Shown piece after piece: positions 1 to 8,100 of a DNA stretch of 64,000 bases. The stretch covers positions 1 through 64,000 of the forward strand of contig OZ025715.1 of assembly GCA_964019335.1 (NCBI GenBank), written 5' to 3'. The position numbers and the translations under genes are program-made. This stretch comes from Diplonema japonicum (Eukaryota > Protista > Euglenozoa: Diplonemea). The notes beneath the pieces were generated by a model. That model saw only the letters and a list, made by a program, of their open reading frames with translations. It searched no databases and was not told the DNA's origin. How positions within the stretch are numbered: position 1 is the first letter of the stretch; the number at the start of each line of letters is the position of its first letter.

Positions 1-159
1 GGTTTGCGGGTTTGCGGGTTTGCGGGTTTGCGGGTTTGCGGGTTTGCGGGTTTGCGGGTTTGCGGGTTTGCGGGTTTGCGGGTTTGCGGGTTTGCGGGTT
101 TGCGGGTTTGCGGGTTTGCGGGTTTGCGGGTTTGCGGGTTTGCGGGTTTGCGGGTTTGC
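1..159. repeat. Perfect 8-bp tandem repeat (GGGTTTGC)n, about 20 units, running off the window edge; G-quadruplex-capable
   Basis: Directly visible. The G-rich strand points into the window, which is the wrong polarity for a left-end telomere. Confidence 0.97.
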
Positions 160-474
160 CTCCCCGAACCCCCCAAAGGTCTCCAACGCGAAAGGTACAA
201 AGGCCACGCGTGTCTTGGCGAGCTCCGCCTCATACTTCTGGCGCTTGTAGTGTTCCGCCTTCGCCGCTGCGTACCCCGCAGTCTTCGCCGCCTGGTTGAC
301 ACAAGACTCGTTCCTCGGGTGCACGATGACCACGTCCATAGCCATTAGGCGGGAACCCCCCACCCCACCTGGGAAGAATACGTCCGCCGGGCGCTGGGAC
401 GACCCCGGGATCAGCCCCGTCTTCTCCATCGTTGCGCTCACCCCGGCCCACTGACAGTGTCTGTGGATGATCTG
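160..474 (-). mobile_element. CRE/SLACS/CZAR-clade non-LTR retrotransposon fragment (restriction-like endonuclease domain), truncated at the 8-bp array
   Basis: Frame absent from the ORF track: QIIHRHCQWAGVSATMEKTGLIPGSSQRPADVFFPGGVGGSRLMAMDVVIVHPRNESCVNQAAKTAGYAAAKAEHYKRQKYEAELAKTRVAFVPFALETFGGFGE. RPAD...D, E-x2-K-x2-KY and F-x-PFALETFGGFG are REL motifs of CRE-clade elements. Confidence 0.85.
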
Positions 475-677
475 CGGTCACCTCCTCCTGCGAGTCGTCT
501 TGGATCCATTTTTTTTTTTTTTGTTTTATAGTGTGTGATGGGGGGGAGGGGATCCTTTCGTTGAGCGGCGGGCAGGCCGACGGGCAAAACAACCCCCCCG
601 GACGACGGCGACGACGAACGACGGACGCAGCGGCAAACCCAGGCAGAGGCGGCAGGCACCAGCAGAACACGAACGAC

Positions 678-716
678 CAATAAAGTACAGAAACTGTAGC
701 TTTAGAATCGTTGGAT
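678..716 (-). ncRNA. Full 39-nt diplonemid-type spliced-leader exon copy, probably from a retroposed trans-spliced mRNA rather than an SL RNA gene
   Basis: Minus strand reads ATCCAACGATTCTAAAGCTACAGTTTCTGTACTTTATTG, with the conserved CAGTTTCTGTACTTTATTG 3' half of euglenozoan SLs. It is followed by GTCGTT rather than the GTATG SL intron donor, and no Sm site is seen. Confidence 0.9.
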
Positions 717-899
717 AGGTGCTGCCCAAAAAAGAAGGGGAGTCGCACAAAAAGCCCCCTTAACTCCGAAGAGTGGGTGTTTTTTTTTTAGTCCAAGATA
801 TAGATTTTGATTTTGATGTGGTTAGCGTATGAAGGTTGTTTTAGTGCCTGCCAACATCAAAAACAAAAAGATACTTTGATTTAAAAAAAAACCTCTTTT

Positions 900-1221
900 C
901 ATTTTTTTGTTGTTGCTTTCTTTTTTTTGTTTTGTTTACTTTTTTTTTTTCTACTTCGTATTCAGCAACGGTCACAACGAAAGCGGATACACAGCACAGG
1001 GGGGAACCACGCACACACCAGCTACCTTACCCCCTCCGGCCATCAAGGCATACCAAGGACAGGGCGAATGGGTAACAGGGCCCGCTCTAAATCTAGCCCC
1101 GGCAAGGTTCACACACACACACACACACACACCACAGCTTGGGTACCTCTCACATTAGTTTCAGCCGAAGCTTACTTACAGGGGACGCCACGTGAAGGCT
1201 GTGAGTTGGATTTTGTCCCCC
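900..1221 (-). mobile_element. Short non-autonomous retroposon-like element: 5' HDV-like ribozyme, (TG)n, A-rich 3' tail
   Basis: About 190 bp are shared with 2690-2888. An A-rich tail lies at about 900-950 on the minus strand. No TSD was found and the 3' boundary is approximate. Confidence 0.55.
1149..1221 (-). ncRNA. HDV-like (nested double pseudoknot) self-cleaving ribozyme
   Basis: P1 GGGGGAC(1221-1215)/GTCCCCT(1186-1180) with G1.U wobble; P2 CTCACA(1205-1200)/TGTGAG(1154-1149); P3 GCC/GGC; L3 TTCACGT; P4 AGC-TTCG-GCT; J4/2 CTAA with the catalytic C. Confidence 0.85.
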
Positions 1222-1302
1222 AGAAGTCAGGCGTCGCCGTCAACCACGCCCCTGCATAGTGCATTGACTTTTTTTTTTTTTTTTTTTTTTCTTTTTTGAG
1301 TT

Positions 1303-1401
1303 TGACTCCGACATCAACCTCGCTCTCGAGCGTGCATCTGCTTTCGCCAAGAGGTCCTCCAGCGCCTTCTCATCAAGCACCCTAGAGAGCCACCTCTGGC
1401 T
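1303..1401 (-). mobile_element. Second CRE-clade retrotransposon fragment (region between RT and zinc knuckle), followed by a poly(A) run
   Basis: SQRWLSRVLDEKALEDLLAKADARSRARLMSES resembles the Q-x2-LS...LL...RARL-x-S segment upstream of the CRE REL domain. Confidence 0.6.
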
Positions 1402-1409
1402 GCAGATGT

Positions 1410-2282
1410 GGCCCATACACTGGGTGTACCTCTTCTCGATCCAGGACCTGCGGGCGGACGGGCCGTCCCTGTCGAGGGCCCGGTTCCAGCCCCCCAGCCC
1501 GGAGACCACGAACATCGACTCCCCGCGCGAGAGCTCCACCTTGTTGGGAGAACTGTTCAGCGACACTTCGAGGAGAAGCTGCTGAGGAGCTTCGTCCTGC
1601 TGTACAGGTGGTTGTGCCCCGCCACGATGAAGGCCCCGTTCCTCCGACAGGCGTCGAATGCCTGCGACAGCCCATAAACCTTGGGGTAGCGGTGGCCTGC
1701 CTGGTACGTCCCCTCGGGGCGGTGCCACATGCACACCCTCCAAGGCTCCGTGCTCCCTGCGAAAGACTTGTCGACGAAGTCCACAGCAGGCTTCGTGGTC
1801 CTCGAGTTCTCGTACCAGCTCCGGGGCCAGCTCGGAGAGAACTCGTCCCACCCGATCACCATGTGGACCCCTCGAAACCTGCACGACATCCACAACCCGT
1901 AGTCCGACTTCAGGTTGTTGCTCTGCGAGTCCCTCCCCGTGCACGCCTCCCGCAGCTCCTTCGTCATCTTGTTGTACAGCATGCTCTGGTAGCCGAAAGG
2001 CCCGCCCCACTTCGTGTCGTGGTTCCCGCTCGTCATCAACACGTGCTCCTTCCCGTGGCTGAACCAGTGCGAGTTCAGGAAGCGCTCCCAGTTTCCCGGG
2101 TTGTTCGTGTAGTCGAAGTCTCCGTTTTGCATCACGAGGTCAACCCCGTCCTCTCACATCAGCTTGTAGGCCAGCCCTGCACTTGACTTGTCGCTCGTGT
2201 CCCCGATGAAGCCTATTTTCAAGCAGCTGCAACTGGGCAGCAGCACCGACAGCAACGGGAGCAGCAGCACTGTGATTCGCAT
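1410..2282 (-). pseudogene. Secreted calcineurin-like metallophosphoesterase pseudogene (bacterial-like)
   Basis: Signal peptide MRITVLLLPLLSVLLP; motifs IGDT, NGDFDY, GNHD, MWH, AGHNHLYSRT, FVVSGLGG. In-frame TGA at 2154-2156, frameshift near 1565, and 3' end replaced by the CRE fragment. Confidence 0.85.
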
Positions 2283-2689
2283 TCTTGAAAAACAGTGGAA
2301 CAGAAAGGTGTGGGCATAAAACCTGTGATGCGGGTACAGTAGGGCTGCGCAGCGGAGCGATAAATTAAAAAAGAAACAAGAAAACAACACACACACCCCT
2401 CTCTCTCTCCTCCCTCTTAACCTCGCTTTCCCTTACTCGAAAGAAGGATAATAATACGGAGAACCGCAGTTATCAAAGATTGGTATAAAAGGGGATAAAA
2501 TAGATAAATAAATGTGTGTATGTGTACAAACAAACAAGGGTTCCTACGCGGAAGCAGGTTCGCTTGATAAAGGAAAATAGGAAAGGGACATTCCAGGGTC
2601 TTCTGGGGTATCCCCCGGGTTTGCTCCATCCAGTGGGCCAAGCGTTAGTAGCCTGTTGCTGTTGTTTCTCTTGAATCCGCTAGAACCTT

Positions 2690-2888
2690 TCCCTTACCTG
2701 TTCCTCCGACCATCAGCATCAAGACATGCCAAGGGCACGTCGAATAGGTAACAGGGCCGTTCTCATCTAGCCCCGGCAAGGTTCACACGTCACGCACACA
2801 TCACAGCTTGGGCACCAGTTTAGGCACTTATTAACCGAAGCTTACTTACAGGGGACGCTCCGTGAAGGCTGTGAATTGGATCTTGTGT
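2690..2888 (-). mobile_element. Decayed second copy of the ribozyme-headed element
   Basis: Shares CTAGCCCCGGCAAGGTTCACAC and CCGAAGCTTACTTACAGGGGACGC-x-CGTGAAGGCTGTGA with 1025-1215. The P1 5' strand, P3' and P2' are disrupted. Confidence 0.75.
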
Positions 2889-2950
2889 CTTCATTGGTCC
2901 TTTCGCATTGTGATTGTCTTTCTTTTTAGGTCCTTTGCTACCCTTCTTGT
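2885..2950 (-). pseudogene. Relic fragment of the repeat region of the CCCH/RBR gene
   Basis: KKGSKGPKKKDNHNAKGPMK versus KKGGKGPKKKDKHNAKGPKK in 5112-9461. Confidence 0.7.
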
Positions 2951-3555
2951 GCATTCGGCGTTCTAATGCTGAAATGAAGAGGGGGGGGAAAAAAAAAAGC
3001 TGAAAAGGAGAGAACAACAACTGTCCTTTATGAATGTGTTACATAAAAAACAGCAAAAGAGAAAAAAAGGGGGAATTGAAGAAAAGGGGCTCAAGGTAGA
3101 ATGAGGATTTGTTGAAGGTGTGGAGGGGAGATGGGGTGGGGGGCAAAGGGTAAAACAACGTGTGGCAGTGTTCAACTCCAAGTTTCGATAACTCCCAAGT
3201 CTCGATCCACCGAATACAGTAATTACGCACCTTTTTCTTTTTTCTGCTGCATGGAAGACAGGTTACAGTAAAACCCGAAGGTTACCAACAGCGTCTACCG
3301 AATGGGACTTGAGTTACAGATGGAGTGGAATTAAACATGAGGTTATCAATGGTGAATCTTGAAAACACAAGCACACAAACGACCGAAACCAACTAGTTTA
3401 GCATGAGCATTATTCTACCTACCTCTAACAAAATTACACGTTGCACTGTCAACAACCAGCTTTTGGTCCCGAAAATAAAGTGTGAATGAAAAAGAGAGAG
3501 AAAAATTGAACCAGTTCATCAAATCACGTTATTGAGGTGGGGGGAATCTTTTAGG

Positions 3556-3586
<31 letters not shown>

Positions 3587-3898
3587 CCACAAGTTACAAA
3601 AAACCCGCAAACTCAAGAAAGAATTATACTGTTCATTTCCTATAGGCGCCCTTGCAACGATCACCACAACCATCGCCAACGTGCCAAAAAATAGATGTGC
3701 AAAGGTAAAGAGATACAGACGGCGAACCGCGCATCTCCTAAAAAGGAAGTCGTTGACCTCCATGCAGAGATTTAAGAAATGTCTCGAACACTTAGAACTA
3801 GGGGGAGGGGGGTGTTTAAAAGGTTTGCTTTTTTTGTGATTTTCCCATCCTTTTATGGTAACGGGTTGAGGGGGGGGGGGGCAAACACTTAGAAGTCC

Positions 3899-4073
3899 GG
3901 CTATGCTGGCATGGAAACAACATTTCCATGCATTTTTTTTTAAAAAAAGGGAAACGGAAACGGAGACGGAACGTTTCCTTACGTTTCCTTTAAAGGAAAC
4001 GTGTTTCCATAAGAATTTTGAAAACATGGAAACGGAAACGGAAACGGAAACGTTTCCTGCCAGCATACCCCTA
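3899..4073. mobile_element. Deleted hAT-like MITE, same family as 19009-19623
   Basis: TIR GGCTATGCTGGCA...TGCCAGCATACCC; subterminal GGAAAC repeats. Confidence 0.75.
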
Positions 4074-4697
4074 GGCATAGTGGTGAAGCGAGTCGCATTC
4101 TCGCACAAAAAAAATCTGAGCCGATATTCTCGCAAAACGACTCGCATTCTCGCACATGCTGGTGTGCACTTCAGATGTGTCAAAATAACCCCCCCGCCCG
4201 CCCCTCGACCTTCATACTCCTCCCGAACCAACGCGATCGGTGCGTTCACGTCCGCCCGTGTGTGATTCACCCTCCTTGATGTCCAGGTGGAGGAAGAGTG
4301 GCTCCTCTGAGTATCCGACCAGAAATGTTTGGCACTGGTGGCGTCTGTGCTTTACGGCAACAAGGTCTTTTCGCTTTGCTTCGCTCTTCTCGAGCCCTTG
4401 TCTCCTTCTCGAATCCGGGCCCCTTTGTGTGTCTGGTGTCGGTATCTTCATGCGTGAGCTCCACCAATGGGATGCTGGGAAGGCGTGTTTGGTGGTTGGT
4501 GGTGCCTGCGACCAAACACGACAGCGCCCACCCGTCTATCAACTCCGGCCCCACCACGGGGCAAAGCACTGCCTGTTGAGGTCCTTCGAAGTTATTGACA
4601 CTCAGGCACCTGGTTACCAGTGTTTCCCTGTTGAAGTTTTCAGCCAAAAAAATTCTCGCATCATTCTCGCATGCAAGTCGTTTCACCACTATGCCTG
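4072..4697. mobile_element. TIR DNA transposon remnant (YAGG termini, hAT-like), with possible transposase relic inside
   Basis: TIR TAGGCATAGTGGTGAAGCGA / TCGTTTCACCACTATGCCTG; subterminal TTCTCGCA repeats; weak frameshifted hAT-like peptides (FLVG..PLFL..NHT..EEYE) on the minus strand. Confidence 0.7.
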
Positions 4698-4768
4698 GGG
4701 GGGGGGGGGGGGGGGGGGAGATAGAATAATGTGAAAAGTGGGGCTTCAAACACCTCTAAGAGGGTTTG

Positions 4769-4817
<49 letters not shown>

Positions 4818-5111
4818 CTCTCTTACACACGCAGTCACTCAAGCTTGGCATGACAGATTTCTTGAAACCCAACATCAGCAGCCTGGAAACACAAGGCCTC
4901 GGAATAGGCTCCCGTCTTTTTAGGAGTTAATCGAAAAAAGTGGTTTTGCATCACCTTTTTGGCCCCTCGCATCAAAATTGCATTTTCACATATTTCCGCA
5001 TCACGTACTGCGGCCCAAGGAAAAAGTTTATCTCACGGAGAAAGAAGAAAGAAAGGGTGGGGGTTTAAAGGTTTAAAAGTAGCTATTCATGCAATGCAAA
5101 CTACCTTGCCT

Positions 5112-8100
5112 TTAACGTTTTTTCAACGAAAAGAGTGAAAAGAAGTTGGTGACTGTTTTTGCTATTGTTCCCCAAAGGCCGTAAGAGTTGTACAGCTTCC
5201 CTTTGCAGCTACCACGTTCAAAGTGGGTGGAGATACATTCCTTTCCACACAGCCAGCACCAGTTGCAGCCACAGGGACAGTAAACAGCATTACACCCACC
5301 CCCATCCATCAGGGTTTTGGCCTTGCACCGTGGGCAACTCTTCAGTGTCTGCATGTACTTGTCTGCCTCCGCATTTTCTTTTTTGATTTCGTTATGTCTT
5401 TTTTCAAATTGTTCACACGAATCCCTTTCATCACGATGCTCTTGGTCTTGGCACTTCGGGCACAGCTTTTTTTCGCAACACGAGCACGGCACAAAACGGC
5501 CATTCGCCTTCCCCAGATCAATTTCAAGTATCCCAGGGCAATCAACAGTCAAAAAACAGTCCCTATGGGTAGTGTGATGCGTCTTGAGGAAGTACCTACG
5601 TGCCTTTTTGATCAGAGTGCTTGTATCCACATCAAAGGTGTTCGCTATGTTTTTAACTTCGTCAAAAAGTAGCATCTGCCCACATTCCTCCTTCTTTCCA
5701 TGGTCAACATGCATACATCTATAAGGGACTTCTTCTTGTATAAAGCTGCCTGCGCACTCGAAGCACATGATGTGCCCACAGTTGAGCTCAAACTTGTCCC
5801 CTTCAGAAGAACAGCACAGACACACAAAGCACACAGCTTCGCCTTCCTGCTTTTGCTTTGAGCTTTGCATCATCGACTTCAGGGCGTCTTTTATCACAAT
5901 GATCTCCTCGGCCGTGCTTTCCAACTCCACTTGCTTGCCTTTCTCTGAAAGCTTGAGATTAGAGAATCGCTTTTTCAGCTGGGTGCATGTCTCGTAGGGG
6001 ATATGGCGTGTGAAAGTAACAAGATGAGACTTGTCTTCAAGGGTTTTGCGAATGGCGACAGCTGCCTCCTCCTGCCTGGCTCCTTTGATCACAATACGTG
6101 CGAGGCGGTCGAAGCCCACCACAGCGCAGGACACTTTGAACTCATGGCGGACTGAGCCCATCTTTCGAGCGACGGCCGCACTGCGCATACGCATCCCATT
6201 GGCGTCAGCTTCAGAGAAGGTACTTACATTTCCCTCTTTGGCCCAAATGGCAACCCCTTGCACCACCTCCTTCACTCCTTTCACCGTCCTCCCAACGGCT
6301 TCCTCTGTCTGCCCTGTGATGTACACCGTCGAATTACGAGGGTGTGCGTTCAACACAGCACGTGTACTGTGTTCTGCTGCTTTCTTGTCGATCTCATTCT
6401 GCAAGTAATCGGCGATCATCATAACCTGCGATGTGTACACAGCAACACTAGCGTTGAAGCTACTGGTCGCAGTGACATGCATCTTGAGCTCAGGGATGTC
6501 TCTATAGAACACACCACGTGCTTCTCGAATGGCCTCCATCACATTCCTTGCAGTAGCATCTCTGTTCTTTGGAGTGAGGGTGGCGTGCTGCCAGTCGCAG
6601 CGGCCCACAGAAGAAATGTCAAATTTGTCTTCAGGGTCGGTGCATCCGAGACACTTTTGCAATTTTTGCACCGCGATCTTAGCATTGTGCTCCGTAGGAA
6701 GTGATTTGAAGATTTGCTGTACACACTTCAAACCCTTCACTCCAGCTTCACGTAGATCCTTTTCCACATACGAGCTGTGAACGAGGGTACTTGGGAGAAC
6801 AACATCTAGTTCGGTGTCATTGGTGTTGCTATTCCGAAGACAGTGTTTTCCTTTATAGTTGTGGGCCGCACGCTGTGCAGCAGCAGCTGAAGTGAACACT
6901 GCGACTGTCTCAGGCCTCGTGGCCTGCCAGTAGAGGTCAATCACACACCGCACCACCTGCGCCCCACCAATGCTTATTGGTTTAATGTCCAGCAGACACC
7001 CCCCCGCCCACACTGCGTCGTGTTCCCCTTCAAGGATCACTTTCTGTGCGGCTTGCGGTGTTCCGAAATATGCGAATCCCTCTACATCATAGTCCGTTAT
7101 CTTTGTTAACTTCACGAAATGTGCGTTCAACTCAAGCATTTTCTTACGAGTTGCTACTGAAAGGTTTTCTTTTTCGTACATCGCATCGGACTCTTCAAGA
7201 TCTCTCGAGACTGTGAAGGTGATGCCCAGTGTCTCGGAAGGGTCGGTGAGGATCTGTTGACACGTGTATCCCTTGCCGATGAGCAAGCGCAGAGCAGGAT
7301 GGTCTTCGCAGATGGAGGACTCCATCAGACAGTTCGAAAGGTACTCACGCACAAATTTTATCTCTCGATCAAGAATAGCTCTTATGTGTTTACAGTTCTC
7401 CGTTGTAGCAGAAATCGAGAGACTCCTTTCACCGGCATCAGTGAACACCTTGCCATACTTGGACACTTCAGACTGCCACCCTGAATGATGCATCCCAATG
7501 CGCACAACCTCATCGAACTCACGCTTCGTGAGCGGTGGAGTGCTGCGGAACTTTTTTGAGAACACCTTCAATCGATCGGGCGCCTGTTCGTGCATGAAAG
7601 AACACCCTTCGCCCTTATGACAGCAGCCTTCTGAGAAATACTTGCAAGGTTTCGTCTTTTCTTTGTTCGGTCGTGCCCTGCTGTCATTCAGGCATTCGGC
7701 ATCCATCTTCTGCTGCTGCATAGCTTTGGTGTTCTTCTTGGGCTTCTTATCCTTCTTGCAGTCATCTTTTGCAGGGTTTGCCTCGTAGTCATCTAGGTCT
7801 ATCTCTTGATGCTTGTCTTCGGTGTTCTTCTTATGTCCCTTCGCGTTGTGCTTGTCGTTCTTTTTGGATCCCTTGTAGTCATCTTTTGCAGGGTTTGCCT
7901 TGTAGTCATCGAGCCCAAGGTCCATCTCTTGATGCTGCTTGTCTTCGGTGTTCTTTTTGTGTCCATGTCCCTTCGCATTGTGCTTGTCGTTCTTCTTGTG
8001 TCCTTTGCCGCCCCCCTTGTAGTCACCTTTTGCAGGGCTTGCATCGTAGTCATCCAGGAGCCCAGGGTTCACGTTTTGATGCTGCTTGTCTTCTGTGTTC

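Noticed and set aside
1-159. Telomere
   Set aside because: The G-rich strand points inward and the unit is not TTAGGG; a left chromosome end should show the C-rich strand.
4-348. RVCGFAGL repeat ORFs
   Set aside because: Artefacts of translating the 8-bp array.
600-716. Functional SL RNA gene
   Set aside because: Starts ATC rather than AAC, has no GTATG donor or Sm site, and is not in a tandem array.
2154-2156. TGA recoding (Trp/Sec) in the phosphoesterase
   Set aside because: The same gene also has a frameshift, and intact genes here (e.g. ending 21077, 24590) use TGA as stop.
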